From: Candidatus Puniceispirillum sp.
GTDB lineage: Bacteria > Electryoneota > RPQS01 > DYHQ01
Reading direction: 5' to 3'
Assembly: GCA_020724065.1 (NCBI GenBank)
Contig: DYHQ01000001.1
Coordinates: forward strand, 26,782-90,781
Length of the DNA stretch: 64,000 bases
Shown: positions 1 through 10,329 of the stretch, in pieces
Layout: each line of letters opens with the position of its first letter
Numbering within the stretch: the first letter of the stretch is position 1
The notes under the pieces: generated by a model
The model's input: the letters and a program-made list of their open reading frames with translations, nothing else
The model's database searches: none
What the model was told of the DNA's origin: nothing
Translations under genes and position numbers: made by a program

Positions 1-1002
1 ACCGAGCTATTTGCCCAGCGAGACATCCGCGCGCTTTCACCCGGAGATTCTGCAAGTGACAGCGTATTCGTGCTCGTTGCTGAGGAAGGTCCGCGTCTTT
101 TCTTGGCTGAACTTGAACTGGACGATGACGATTCAACGAACGATCGTCGTGTCCTTTGGCAGAACATCTCACCTGAGCAAGTTGCTTTGGTCATCAATGA
201 GATACAGTATCGCCCATTTGAAGGGCAAAGTGAATGGGTAGAGTTCTTCTATGCTGGCATGTATCCGCTCGATATTGGCGGCTGGCAATTCTCTGAGGCG
301 ACGGGTCTTGCGAATTCCGATAAGCGCTGGACTTGTCCAGACCTTTGGCTCTCGCCGGGCGACTTTCTCATTTTGGCGGCCGACTCGACCATATTTTTGG
401 AGTCCCTGCCCGAAACCGTCACGGTTTTTGTATGGGGCAGCGGAGCTCCTCGCTTGAATGACACCGGAGATTCGCTTGTGATTTGGGACACGAGCGGTCA
501 GCGGACTGATCAAGTGAATTATGATCCCGACTGGGGTCGGAACGAGGACGGAATCTCCTTGGAACGTATCTCGCCAACAAGCGCAGGCAATGTGTCGCTC
601 AACTGGGCCTCGAGTGCAGATCCCTCAGGCAGTACGCCGGGGCGACCCAACAGTCAACTCTATGTTCCGTCATCTGTTGGAGCCAACATCCTCTCAATCG
701 AACCCAATCCCTTTTCTCCGGATGGAGATGGATTTGAGGACATCGCTTTTCTTCAGTATCATTTGAAATATCCGAACTCGCGTCTCGATTTGAAAGTCTA
801 TGATGTTCGTGGTCGGAAAGTGTGTTCTCTTGCGAACAACGAGCTCGTGGCACAAGAGGGCAAGAAGCTTTGGGACGGAAAAGATGAGCTGGGCAGGGAG
901 CTCCCTGTCGGAATTTATGTTGTGTATCTTGAGGCTCTTGCCCAGGGAGACACGCGCATCGAGAAGGCGAAGCGTGCCATTGTGATTGCACGAAGAAAAT
1001 GA
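1..1002 (+). CDS. Lamin-tail-domain protein with C-terminal FlgD-Ig/T9SS-like sorting domain (5'-truncated by window edge)
   Basis: Frame is open from base 1. LTD motifs LVINEIQY..EWVEF, LNDTGD, GISLERI, STPGRPNS. C-terminus IEPNPFSPDGDG..KVYDVRGRKV..WDGKDELG..LPVGIYVV. Confidence 0.8.
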   Translation, partial: TELFAQRDIRALSPGDSASDSVFVLVAEEGPRLFLAELELDDDDSTNDRRVLWQNISPEQVALVINEIQYRPFEGQSEWVEFFYAGMYPLDIGGWQFSEATGLANSDKRWTCPDLWLSPGDFLILAADSTIFLESLPETVTVFVWGSGAPRLNDTGDSLVIWDTSGQRTDQVNYDPDWGRNEDGISLERISPTSAGNVSLNWASSADPSGSTPGRPNSQLYVPSSVGANILSIEPNPFSPDGDGFEDIAFLQYHLKYPNSRLDLKVYDVRGRKVCSLANNELVAQEGKKLWDGKDELGRELPVGIYVVYLEALAQGDTRIEKAKRAIVIARRK

Positions 1003-2957
1003 GTCTCGTTCGACTCGAAAACATAGCCATTCACTTCGCCGAGAGAACTCTCCTTGAGGGACTGTCGTGGCAAATCCTTCCGCGGGAGCGCTATGGTTTA
1101 GTCGGACCCAACGGAGCGGGCAAGACAACGATTTTGCGCCTGATTGCGGGTGAAATCGAGCCCAGTCATGGCACGGTTTGGCGTCTGAAACATCTCGAAT
1201 GCGGTTACTTACCGCAAGAGACGACCGCCGAAGAATATCGCCCGCTCTTTGAAGCAGTCTATGGAGCGCTGCCGGACATTCCTGCTCTGGCTGCGGAATT
1301 GGAGGAGCTGCGGCATGCAATGGTTGCTGAGGATTCGCGTGATGAACTACTCGAAAGGTATGGAGTTCTTGAATCGCGATGGATGGCGATGGAGGGTTAT
1401 TCAGCGGAATCTCGCGTAGGACGCGTGCTTCACGGCCTGGGATTTCGTCAAGATGATTATGAGAGAGCTGTTTCGACTTTTTCCGGCGGATGGCGCATGC
1501 GCGTTCATCTTGCCAAGCTCCTGCTGCAATCTCCCGATGTTCTTCTGCTCGACGAGCCGACGAATCACTTAGATTTGCCGACTCTTGCATGGTTGGAGGA
1601 ATACCTCGAGGAATTTCGAGGAGCACTGATCATTGTATCGCACGACCGCGCTTTTCTTGACCGAATGGTGACTTCCATAGCCGAGATTGACCGCGGCCAC
1701 TTCCGGAAGTATGCGGGGAATTATTCCGAATTTGAGCGCGAACGCGAGCGTCGCCAGGAGAAACTTGAGGCGCATGCGGCGCGTCTGGCGACCGAGCGGC
1801 AGCGTATCGAACGCTTTGTCGAACGATTTCGCTACAAGGCAAGCAAGGCTCGTCAAGTCCAAAGCCGTGTGCGGTTCCTGTCGAAACTTGAGAAAGTCGA
1901 ACAGGAGACGCAAGCTCGCCATATCCGTTTTCATTTCCCCGACGCGCCCCATAGCGGACGGATCGTCCTGAAGGTGAAGCGGTTGTCGAAACAATATGGC
2001 GACAAGACGGTTCTGAGAGATATTGATATTGTCCTGGAGCGAGGGCAAAAAGTAGCTCTGGTCGGTGTGAATGGGGCGGGAAAGTCCACTCTCTGCCGTT
2101 TGATTACCGGACTCGAGCCACCCACTTCCGGAGAGCTTCGGCTGGGTCACGAAGTTCGTTTGGACTATTTCGCTCAGGAGGCCGATTTTCACCTGAAAGG
2201 AGGTCGCACTGTTCTGGAGGAATTATCCGCCGAGGCATCCATTTCGGAGTTGCCGAATTTGCGTCGAATGCTCGGTGTTTTCCTCTTTCGGGGAGACGAT
2301 GTCTTCAAGCCTGTGGATGTGCTTTCAGGCGGCGAGAAGTCTCGATTGGCGATTGCCAAGATTCTCCTGCGTCCCTCTAATTTCCTGATTCTTGACGAGC
2401 CGACCAATCATCTGGACATTCCATCGAAAGAAGTGTTCCTTTCCGCGCTCAAAGAATACCAAGGCACTCTGCTCATGGTCTCTCATGACCGATATTTTCT
2501 GGAAAGATTGGTTGACCGAGTGCTTGAACTCGAAGACGGAAAACTGAAAGAATGGCCGGGGAATTTCGGCGAATATCTGGAGCAAAAAGCGCTCTTTCAG
2601 AGATCTGAGAAAGAGGCAGTACCGCGGAATCCAGTGAGAGATTCGAGCGAGGTGGTCGGCCACAAGACGAAAGACCAGCGTCGAAGCGAGGCCGAGAGAC
2701 GGAGTCAATTTTTCCAACGCCGTCAATTCCTGCAGCGCCGATTGGATGAGCTCTCTCAAAGCATTGAACGATTGGAGGCCCGGAAATCCGAACTGGAAGA
2801 ACTTCTGAGCTCGGAAGAAACTTATCGCCATGGGGAGGCTGTGCGCGAAATCGTTGCCGCCTATGAACAGATACGACGCGAATTGCCCCAACTTTATGAG
2901 GAGTGGGAGCATTTGGAGGGCCAACGGGAGATACTTGAAAATGAGATGGCGCGATAA
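999..2957 (+). CDS. ABC-F family ribosome-associated ATPase (YheS/Uup-like)
   Basis: Two ABC cassettes (GPNGAGKT/FSGGW/LLDEPTNHLD and GVNGAGKS/LSGGE/LDEPTNHLD), an inter-domain linker and a C-terminal coiled coil. No TM segments. Confidence 0.92.
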   Translation: MSLVRLENIAIHFAERTLLEGLSWQILPRERYGLVGPNGAGKTTILRLIAGEIEPSHGTVWRLKHLECGYLPQETTAEEYRPLFEAVYGALPDIPALAAELEELRHAMVAEDSRDELLERYGVLESRWMAMEGYSAESRVGRVLHGLGFRQDDYERAVSTFSGGWRMRVHLAKLLLQSPDVLLLDEPTNHLDLPTLAWLEEYLEEFRGALIIVSHDRAFLDRMVTSIAEIDRGHFRKYAGNYSEFERERERRQEKLEAHAARLATERQRIERFVERFRYKASKARQVQSRVRFLSKLEKVEQETQARHIRFHFPDAPHSGRIVLKVKRLSKQYGDKTVLRDIDIVLERGQKVALVGVNGAGKSTLCRLITGLEPPTSGELRLGHEVRLDYFAQEADFHLKGGRTVLEELSAEASISELPNLRRMLGVFLFRGDDVFKPVDVLSGGEKSRLAIAKILLRPSNFLILDEPTNHLDIPSKEVFLSALKEYQGTLLMVSHDRYFLERLVDRVLELEDGKLKEWPGNFGEYLEQKALFQRSEKEAVPRNPVRDSSEVVGHKTKDQRRSEAERRSQFFQRRQFLQRRLDELSQSIERLEARKSELEELLSSEETYRHGEAVREIVAAYEQIRRELPQLYEEWEHLEGQREILENEMAR

Positions 2958-2976
2958 AACAGATGGCAAATGGGGG

Positions 2977-3005
2977 TTGATTTTTCAAAAAATATTGGCT
3001 ATTTT
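2977..3005 (+). promoter_or_regulatory. Putative sigma70-type promoter upstream of the arcE-arcC cluster
   Basis: TTGATT (2977-2982), 17 bp spacer, TATTTT (3000-3005) in an AT-rich gap. Confidence 0.45.
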
Positions 3006-3046
3006 TGAGCAGGTAAACTCCCGTTGAAATGAAACCGCCTTACCCT

Positions 3047-3079
3047 GAAGGGGGCGGCCCGTTCGCCCCTTTCTATTTT
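3047..3079 (+). terminator. Intrinsic terminator-like hairpin
   Basis: GAAGGGGGCGG (3047-3057) pairs with TCGCCCCTTTC (3063-3073), including G-U pairs, and is followed by TATTTT. Confidence 0.6.
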
Positions 3080-3126
3080 GCTTTCGCGACAATTTATCAA
3101 TCATCCAATTAGTTGAATACCTGATT

Positions 3127-4485
3127 ATGACAGTAATTCGCACCATTATTCAAGGCGCTGCGGGGCGCGATTTCCACAACTTCAATCTTCTCTTCCGCAA
3201 TAATCCCGGCTATGAGGTGGTGGCGTTCACGGCGACCCAAATTCCCAATATCGCAGGGAGAAAGTATCCGCCGGAACTTGCGGGAAAGCTCTATCCGCGC
3301 GGCATTCCCATTTTTCTTGAGAGTGACTTGCTGCGGCTCATTCACGACTTGAAAGTGGACGAAGTCATTTTTTCCTATAGCGATGTGTCGCACGAGCATG
3401 TCATGCATTGGGCCTCGCGCATCATCGCTGCGGGAGCTTCGTTCCGACTCTTGGGAAGTCGCCCGACCATGCTGACAAGCAAGAAACCTGTCGTGGCGGT
3501 TTGTGCTGTTCGCACCGGTGCGGGCAAATCGCAAACGACGCGCAAAGTTGCGACTCTTCTGCGTGATGCAGGCAAACGCGTCGTGGTGGTTCGCCATCCC
3601 ATGGCCTATGGGGATTTGGCGAAGCAAGCCGTGCAGCGTTTTGCAACACTCAGAGACCTCAAGGCCCATGATTGCACTATTGAAGAAATGGAAGAGTACG
3701 AGCCACATATTAAGCAGGGCATGGTTGTTTTCGCCGGTGTAGATTACGAAGTGATTCTGCGTCAAGCCGAGAAAGAGGCCGACATCATTCTTTGGGATGG
3801 CGGCAACAACGACTTGCCATTTTACAAACCCGACATCTTCATCGTCGTGGCCGATCCACATCGTGCCGGTGACGAACTTCGCTATTATCCTGGCGAAACG
3901 AACCTGCTGCTCGCGGATGCCGTCGTGATAAATAAGATAGACACCGCTTTTCCTGAAGATGTGGATGATGTGCGCGAGTCTGTGCGGTCGGTCAATCCGG
4001 CAGCGGTGATTATCGAGGCTGCTTCGCCAATTCATGTCGAAGATTGCGAGAAGATTCGGGGAAAGCGTGCACTGGTTATCGAGGATGGCCCGACCTTAAC
4101 TCACGGCGAAATGGAGTACGGGGCGGGAGTCGTTGCGGCAACGAAGTTCGGCGCCTCGGAACTCATAGATCCGCGTCCCTATGTCGTTGGTACACTGAGG
4201 AAGACTTTCGAGGCCTATCCAGCGATTGGCCAGCTCCTTCCCGCGATGGGTTATGGCTCAGAGCAGATTAAGGACCTTGAGGCGACCATCGCCCGTGCCA
4301 AGCCGGAGGTTGTTGTGATGGGAACGCCAGTGGATCTGCGACGCATCATTGACATCAAGGCACCGACAGTCCATGTTACTTACAGTCTTCAAGAGATCGG
4401 AAAGCCTGATCTTGCCGATGTTCTTGCTCCTTTTCTGACAAAGAGCAACCGCGCGAAGCCTCGCAGGCGGAAATCGATCCGATGA
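3127..4485 (+). CDS. arcE: Probable arginine synthetase ArcE (COG2403 P-loop family, often annotated as GTPase or cyclic 2,3-diphosphoglycerate synthase)
   Basis: N-terminal GAAGRDFHNFN..YEVVAFTATQIP, P-loop RTGAGKSQT, WDGGNND, EDGPTLTHG, LPAMGY. ATGA-coupled to carbamate kinase. Confidence 0.72.
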   Translation: MTVIRTIIQGAAGRDFHNFNLLFRNNPGYEVVAFTATQIPNIAGRKYPPELAGKLYPRGIPIFLESDLLRLIHDLKVDEVIFSYSDVSHEHVMHWASRIIAAGASFRLLGSRPTMLTSKKPVVAVCAVRTGAGKSQTTRKVATLLRDAGKRVVVVRHPMAYGDLAKQAVQRFATLRDLKAHDCTIEEMEEYEPHIKQGMVVFAGVDYEVILRQAEKEADIILWDGGNNDLPFYKPDIFIVVADPHRAGDELRYYPGETNLLLADAVVINKIDTAFPEDVDDVRESVRSVNPAAVIIEAASPIHVEDCEKIRGKRALVIEDGPTLTHGEMEYGAGVVAATKFGASELIDPRPYVVGTLRKTFEAYPAIGQLLPAMGYGSEQIKDLEATIARAKPEVVVMGTPVDLRRIIDIKAPTVHVTYSLQEIGKPDLADVLAPFLTKSNRAKPRRRKSIR

Positions 4486-5429
4486 AAAACCAGCGGACGG
4501 CGGTCGTTGCCCTGGGGGGCAATGCCATTTCAAAACCGGGTGTTCCTGACACGATTGCCAATCAGTTCAGTCACACGCGCGAAGCGCTACGCGGGGTGAT
4601 GGAACTTGTGCGACGCGACTATCGGCTCGTCATCACGCATGGGAACGGCCCTCAGGTTGGCAACGCGCTCTTGCGCGTCGAATTGGCGCGAGGCAAGGCG
4701 CCTATTCTGCCTTTGGGGATTATCGTTGCGGACACCGAAGGCGGCATGGGCTATATGATTGAACAATGTCTGCAAAATGTTCTGCTCAGGGCGAACCTCA
4801 AACGCGATGTCGTTTCCATTGTCACTCAAGTTGTCGTGGATGAACATGATCCGAACCTGACCAATCCCACGAAATTCGTCGGGCAGTTTTATTCTGAAAC
4901 GGAAGCGGAACGGCTGGCGGAGGAATCGGGTTGGCAGTTGAAAAAGGACGGAGACCGAGGGTGGCGTCGCGTTGTTGGCTCGCCGATTCCTCTCGAAATC
5001 ATCAACCGCGCGGCCATCAAGCAGCTCATTTCTTCGGGAACGATTGTCATTGCCGCAGGCGGCGGAGGAGTGCCCGTCTATCGCGAAGCGGACGGATGGT
5101 ATGAAGGTGTGGATGCCGTCGTTGACAAAGACCGCGCCTCGGCTGTGTTGGCGAGAGACATCGGTGCGGAAGAGCTCTATATTTTGACTGATACCGACAA
5201 AGTGGCACTGAATTTTGGCAAGCCGAGTCAGCGCAATTTGGATGAAATCACGGTCGCTTACGCGAAAGCGTTTGCTGCTGAGGGACATTTTCCTGATGGA
5301 AGCATGGGACCGAAGATTGAGGCTGCCATTACTTTCTTGGAGAGCGGCGGTGAGCGCGTTGTAATTTGTGCTCTGGAGAATCTGCCGCTGGCACTCGATG
5401 GAAAAGCGGGGACACTGATTGTTCCGTGA
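4482..5429 (+). CDS. arcC: Carbamate kinase
   Basis: VVALGGNA, THGNGPQVG, NPTKFVG, GWRRVV, GGGGVP, EGVDAVVDKD, GSMGPK. Confidence 0.96.
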   Translation: MKNQRTAVVALGGNAISKPGVPDTIANQFSHTREALRGVMELVRRDYRLVITHGNGPQVGNALLRVELARGKAPILPLGIIVADTEGGMGYMIEQCLQNVLLRANLKRDVVSIVTQVVVDEHDPNLTNPTKFVGQFYSETEAERLAEESGWQLKKDGDRGWRRVVGSPIPLEIINRAAIKQLISSGTIVIAAGGGGVPVYREADGWYEGVDAVVDKDRASAVLARDIGAEELYILTDTDKVALNFGKPSQRNLDEITVAYAKAFAAEGHFPDGSMGPKIEAAITFLESGGERVVICALENLPLALDGKAGTLIVP

Positions 5430-5469
5430 AAGACAATTTTGACTCTCATAAATTCATAAGCACACAGCA

Positions 5470-6639
5470 ATGAAAATTCATGAACATCAGGGGAAGGAAG
5501 TCCTGCGCCGATTCGATGTCGCCGTGCCGCGCGGAGGAGTCGCTTTCTCCGTGGATGAAGCAGTAAAAGTCGCGCTTTCGCTAGGTACCTGGCCGGTTGT
5601 GGTGAAAGCACAAATCCACGCCGGTGGCCGGGGGAAGGGGGGAGGTATTAAGCTCGCCAATTCCGAGGCTGAGGTGCGCGAACTTGCAGGCAAAATGCTC
5701 GGGATGAATCTCGTCACGCATCAAACCGGACCGCAAGGGAAGATGGTTCAACGATTGCTTGTCGAAGAAAGAATGGCGATAGCCCGCGAGCTCTATGCGG
5801 GCATTGTCCTCGACCGCGCCACTTTTCGCAATACCTTCATGGTTTCCACAGAGGGCGGCGTTGAGATTGAAAAGGTGGCCGCTGAAACACCTGAGAAGAT
5901 TGTCAAAGCCGCAATTGACCCTGTCGCAGGATTTCAGCCGTTTCAGGCGCGAAAACTTGCGTTTGCTCTTGGGCTGAGTGGAGATGCGTTCAAAGCCGGC
6001 GTGAAATTCTTGACAGGGCTCTATCGTGCGTACGAAGCGGTGGATGCAAGTCTCGCGGAAATCAATCCGCTGGTTGTGACGAAAGACGGCAAGGTTGTGG
6101 CTCTCGACGCGAAAATCAATTTCGATGATAACGCGCTCTTTCGCCACCCTGATTTGGGCGAGATGCGCGACCTTTCGGAAGAAGAGCCAGCCGAAGTCGA
6201 AGCCTCGAAATACGACTTGAACTATGTCAAGCTGAACGGGAATGTGGGCTGCATGGTCAATGGCGCCGGCCTCGCGATGGCGACGATGGACATCATCAAA
6301 CTGCATGGGGGCGAGCCGGCGAATTTCCTCGATGTCGGCGGCGGCGCATCCGCTGAAACCGTCGAGAATGGTTTCCGTATTGTCCTTCAGGACCCAAATG
6401 TCAGAGCGATTCTCATCAACATCTTCGGTGGCATTGTCCGCTGCGACCGCGTTGCCAGCGGCGTGATTGAAGCGATTTCCAAAGTGAAATCGAACTTGCC
6501 GGTCGTTGTTCGCCTTGAAGGAACAAATGCGGATGTCGCCGCGAAGATGCTGGAAGAATCGCCCTTGAAATTTATCGTCGCTCACGACCTCGCTGATGCA
6601 GCGAAAAAGGCGGTGGCGGCAGTTGGCGCGAGGAAATAG
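5470..6639 (+). CDS. sucC: Succinyl-CoA synthetase (ADP-forming) beta subunit
   Basis: [49 protein letters not shown]. Confidence 0.97.
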   Translation: MKIHEHQGKEVLRRFDVAVPRGGVAFSVDEAVKVALSLGTWPVVVKAQIHAGGRGKGGGIKLANSEAEVRELAGKMLGMNLVTHQTGPQGKMVQRLLVEERMAIARELYAGIVLDRATFRNTFMVSTEGGVEIEKVAAETPEKIVKAAIDPVAGFQPFQARKLAFALGLSGDAFKAGVKFLTGLYRAYEAVDASLAEINPLVVTKDGKVVALDAKINFDDNALFRHPDLGEMRDLSEEEPAEVEASKYDLNYVKLNGNVGCMVNGAGLAMATMDIIKLHGGEPANFLDVGGGASAETVENGFRIVLQDPNVRAILINIFGGIVRCDRVASGVIEAISKVKSNLPVVVRLEGTNADVAAKMLEESPLKFIVAHDLADAAKKAVAAVGARK

Positions 6640-6757
6640 ACTGAGAATTCCGGCCGGATTAGGAATCCGGCGCGGCGTCCTTACGGGTGTGCCACCCACT
6701 CGGTCGAAGAGACTCTGATTGTTTCAAGTTGGGAAATAGCCACGGATAATCCATCTC

Positions 6758-7639
6758 ATGTCCATCTTAGTCAACTCAGAAACTCGCCTTCTCGTGCAGG
6801 GAATCACGGGTGGGGAAGGCACTTTTCACACGGAGCAGATGATTGAATATGGTACGAAAGTCGTGGCGGGCGTCACCCCGGGAAAAGGGGGGACGAAATG
6901 GCAAGACAAAGTGCCTGTATTCAACACCGTCGAACAAGCCGTCCGCGAGACGGGTGCCAACACAACGGTCATCTTCGTGCCGCCTGCTTTTGCCGCGGAT
7001 GCCATTTTGGAGGCGATTGACGCTGGGATAGCCGTCATTGTGACCGTCACCGAGGGAATTCCTGTCAAGGATACGATTGTCGTCAAGGAAGCGCTCAATC
7101 GCTCCGGGTCGCGCATGGTCGGAGGGAATTGCCCCGGCGTGATTACCCCCGGCCAGGCGAAGGTCGGGATCATGCCGGGATTCATTCACCAGCCCGGGCG
7201 ATGCGGCGTCATTTCGCGCTCAGGGACGCTGACCTATGAGGCCGTGAAACAGCTTTCCGACCGCGGCATCGGCCAATCCACCTGCATCGGTATTGGCGGC
7301 GATGCCATCAATGGTTCCACTTTCGTTGACATACTCAAGCTGTTCAACGCGGATCCCGATACCGATTCCGTGGTTCTCATCGGCGAAATCGGCGGGACAG
7401 CAGAGGAGGCCTCCGCAGACTACATCAAGGCGAATTTCGCGAAGCCTGTTGTAGCCTTCATAGCAGGCCGTACAGCCCCTCCAGGCCGACGGATGGGCCA
7501 TGCCGGAGCGATCATAGCTGGTGGCAAAGGAACGGCTGCCGAAAAAATTGCTGCATTGAAAACTGCCGGAATTCATGTCGCCGATTCACCGGCAGATATA
7601 GGTGCGACTTTAGAGCAGGTACTTAAGAAAGGAAAATAG
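6758..7639 (+). CDS. sucD: Succinyl-CoA synthetase alpha subunit
   Basis: [28 protein letters not shown], phospho-His motif MGHAGAI. Confidence 0.97.
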   Translation: MSILVNSETRLLVQGITGGEGTFHTEQMIEYGTKVVAGVTPGKGGTKWQDKVPVFNTVEQAVRETGANTTVIFVPPAFAADAILEAIDAGIAVIVTVTEGIPVKDTIVVKEALNRSGSRMVGGNCPGVITPGQAKVGIMPGFIHQPGRCGVISRSGTLTYEAVKQLSDRGIGQSTCIGIGGDAINGSTFVDILKLFNADPDTDSVVLIGEIGGTAEEASADYIKANFAKPVVAFIAGRTAPPGRRMGHAGAIIAGGKGTAAEKIAALKTAGIHVADSPADIGATLEQVLKKGK

Positions 7640-7960
7640 CTCCTTTCCGAATCGGACCGGGCTATGACCTCGTTCAAAGGGTGAAGGTACCGCTGATCTG
7701 TGCTTTCCCGTTGGAAGTAGTGGAAAATAGATGAAATAGCGACTTTCAGTCATTTAAACCACATATTGAATCAATATATCCCATTTTGCAACTCCCGCTC
7801 AAGACCTATTCTATAACTTTGAATCTCTCCGTGCGATCACGCTAAGAGACAGTCTTGGTTTCTTTTCACTATGTCAGTGGAAGAGAAGGGGAGGCTGTCA
7901 TGTGACAATGGCGAAAGGAGGAAATCGGTAGCGAGCCGTGCTCCGGGAGGATTTTGGTGC

Positions 7961-7989
7961 TTGATTTTGTGGAGAAAAAAGGCTATAAT
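7961..7989 (+). promoter_or_regulatory. sigma70-type promoter for the kor-ndk-hbd-ackA-nfn operon
   Basis: TTGATT (7961-7966), 17 bp spacer, perfect TATAAT (7984-7989). GGAG SD lies before ATG 8017. Confidence 0.75.
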
Positions 7990-8016
7990 ATAAGAATTTT
8001 ACGATGGAGAAAATAG

Positions 8017-8301
8017 ATGTCAGTGACTCCCGCAGACTCGGTCGTTCTTGTCAAGAGCGAAAAGACCGGTCACGCGATTGCCATAGACGAGATTCTCTGT
8101 AAGGGATGCACAATCTGCGTCGAAATCTGCCCGAAGGATGTTCTCGAAATGGTGGGCGCGATTGACCGATGGGAAGGAGCGACAGCGCGCGTGAAGGATA
8201 TTGATGCTTGCATTGCTTGCTTCATCTGCGAGCACGAATGTCCGGACTTTGCGCTTTTGGTGTACGCTGCTCCCAAGGCGAAGAAAGCGATGGAGGTTTA
8301 G
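8017..8301 (+). CDS. korD: 2x[4Fe-4S] ferredoxin, delta subunit of 2-oxoacid:ferredoxin oxidoreductase
   Basis: CKGCTICVEICP and CIACFICEHECP. Directly abuts korA. Confidence 0.88.
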   Translation: MSVTPADSVVLVKSEKTGHAIAIDEILCKGCTICVEICPKDVLEMVGAIDRWEGATARVKDIDACIACFICEHECPDFALLVYAAPKAKKAMEV

Positions 8302-9435
8302 ATGGCGAAAGCGGTCTTTTGGACAGGGAATGAAGTTTGTGCGGAAGCCGCGATTGCCGCAGGCTGCCGTTTCTTCGCAGGCTACCCGATCACTCCGTCG
8401 TCGGAAATCGCCGCGGTCATGGCACAGCGCCTTCCGGAAGAGAGCGGAACTTTCATTCAGATGGAAGATGAAATTGCGGCGATGGGCGCGATTATCGGTG
8501 CATCATTAGCGGGTGTGAAGTCCATGACGGCGACTTCAGGGCCGGGATTCAGTCTGAAGCAGGAGAACATCGGCTTCGCGTGTATGGTTGAAGCACCCTG
8601 TGTCGTGGTGAATGTCCAGCGCGGCGGGCCTTCGACCGGATTGCCGACCCATCCCGGGCAGTCGGACCTGATGCAAACTCGCTGGGGCACGCATGGAGAC
8701 CATACGACGATTGCGCTCGCACCGGCCTATTTGCGCGAGCTCTATCTTGAAATGATTCGCGCCTTCAATCTCTCTGAGAAATTCCGTGTCCCGGTGATTG
8801 TTCTCATAGACGAAATTCTGGGTCATATGTCCGAGTGCTTCGAAGCGCCAACGCCAAACGAATACACGGTCATCAATCGAGTGAAGCCCACCTGCCCACC
8901 GGAAAAATACAATCCCTACGAAGTGCAGGATGGAGAACTTGTGCCGACGATGGCCAGCTATTTTGAAGGCTATCGTTTTCACGCGACGGGTTTGAATCAC
9001 GACAAGACCGGTTTCCCGACGACGCATCCTATCGTGTGCCATCAGGATGAAGTTCGTCAGCTTGCGAAGGTCTCGCACAATCGAGCCGAGATTGATTCGT
9101 GGGAAGAAGTCATGGTGGAGGATGCGGAGATTCTTGTCGTCAGTTTCGGTTCGACGGCGCGCGGAGCTCATTCGGCGGTACTGGAGATGCGAAAGCAGGG
9201 AGTTCGCGCAGGCCTGTTCCGGCCGATTACGGTTTGGCCTTTTCCCGATGAAGAAGTACGGCGTTTGGCTCGGAAAACAAAGGCCATCGTCGTGGCGGAA
9301 ATGAATTTGGGACAAATGATTCTCGAGGTTGAACGCGCGGCGCACAGCGATATCAAGATCGTCGGCTGTCAAAAAGTCGGCGGCGTTCCTGTGGAACCGT
9401 ATGAAATCGTTGCGAAGATTCGCGAGGTAGCTTAG
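8302..9435 (+). CDS. korA: 2-oxoacid(2-oxoglutarate):ferredoxin oxidoreductase alpha subunit
   Basis: FFAGYPITPSSE, QMEDE, ATSGPGFSL, QRGGPSTGLPT, EMNLGQ. Confidence 0.93.
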   Translation: MAKAVFWTGNEVCAEAAIAAGCRFFAGYPITPSSEIAAVMAQRLPEESGTFIQMEDEIAAMGAIIGASLAGVKSMTATSGPGFSLKQENIGFACMVEAPCVVVNVQRGGPSTGLPTHPGQSDLMQTRWGTHGDHTTIALAPAYLRELYLEMIRAFNLSEKFRVPVIVLIDEILGHMSECFEAPTPNEYTVINRVKPTCPPEKYNPYEVQDGELVPTMASYFEGYRFHATGLNHDKTGFPTTHPIVCHQDEVRQLAKVSHNRAEIDSWEEVMVEDAEILVVSFGSTARGAHSAVLEMRKQGVRAGLFRPITVWPFPDEEVRRLARKTKAIVVAEMNLGQMILEVERAAHSDIKIVGCQKVGGVPVEPYEIVAKIREVA

Positions 9436-9437
9436 CC

Positions 9438-10286
9438 ATGGCTTTTGATTATGCGCCCTATATGCGAATGTCCAAATTGCCTCACCTTTGGTGTCCGGGC
9501 TGCGGCATTGGCATTGTTGTGAAGAGTTTGATTCGCGCGATTGACCGCCTTGGCTGGTCGAAAGACGACATCGCCGTCGTCTCCGGTATCGGTTGCACAT
9601 CGCGGGCGCCCGGTTATTTGGATATGAATACGCTGCACACGACGCATGGGCGGGCCATTTCGTTTGCCACGGGCATTAAGCTCGTGCGGCCGGACAAGCA
9701 TGTCATCGTGATTGCGGGCGACGGAGATATGGTCGCCATCGGGGGCAATCATTTCATTCACGCGTGCCGCCGGAATATTGACATCACCTGCATTATCAAC
9801 AACAACAATATCTATGGCATGACCGGCGGGCAATACTCGCCCACTACGCCTCATGGAGCGAAAGCGGCCACGGCGCCCTGGGGGAATATGGAGCCATGCT
9901 TTGATTTGACGAAATTGGCTATGGGAGCTGGAGCAACCTATGTGGCTCGTGGTCAGGTGGGCAATGGGGTGCAATTGGAGCGCCTTATTCGCGACGGGCT
10001 TGATCATCATGGCTTTGCGGTCATCGAGGCTCTGTCGAATTGCCACACGCAGTTCGGGCGCCGAAACAAGTTGCCTGATCCTATGCAGCTTATCAAGCAC
10101 ATTCAGGATAAGACTGTGCCGAAGTCGAAGGCAGAGAAAATGGATTCGGCGGAACTGGCAGGCAAATTCGTGGTTGGGGAACTTTTCCGAGATACCGACC
10201 GCCCTGAATTCTGCGATGAATATGCGAAGTTGCAGCAGCGAGCGCAAGCGGCCAGCAAGAAGAAAACGGCAGTGCCTGTGGCGTGA
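9438..10286 (+). CDS. korB: 2-oxoacid:ferredoxin oxidoreductase beta (TPP-binding) subunit
   Basis: WCPGCG, SGIGC, HGRA, GDGD..NNIYGMTGGQYSPT. Confidence 0.94.
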   Translation: MAFDYAPYMRMSKLPHLWCPGCGIGIVVKSLIRAIDRLGWSKDDIAVVSGIGCTSRAPGYLDMNTLHTTHGRAISFATGIKLVRPDKHVIVIAGDGDMVAIGGNHFIHACRRNIDITCIINNNNIYGMTGGQYSPTTPHGAKAATAPWGNMEPCFDLTKLAMGAGATYVARGQVGNGVQLERLIRDGLDHHGFAVIEALSNCHTQFGRRNKLPDPMQLIKHIQDKTVPKSKAEKMDSAELAGKFVVGELFRDTDRPEFCDEYAKLQQRAQAASKKKTAVPVA

Positions 10287-10329
10287 GGCCACTCAGGTCT
10301 TTGCCCAAGAAGGGAAGGCAACATAGCGA

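Noticed and set aside
3127..4485. Cyclic 2,3-diphosphoglycerate synthase or generic GTPase call
   Set aside because: No 2-phosphoglycerate kinase nearby. Coupling to carbamate kinase and the GAAGRDFHNFN N-terminus favour ArcE, although this is not excluded without a tree.
6653..6671. Small hairpin GCCGGATT/AATCCGGC between sucC and sucD (and ACGGGGG/CCCCCGT at 35637-35657)
   Set aside because: Single short stems with no U-tract and no other copies noticed, so insufficient for a REP or terminator call.
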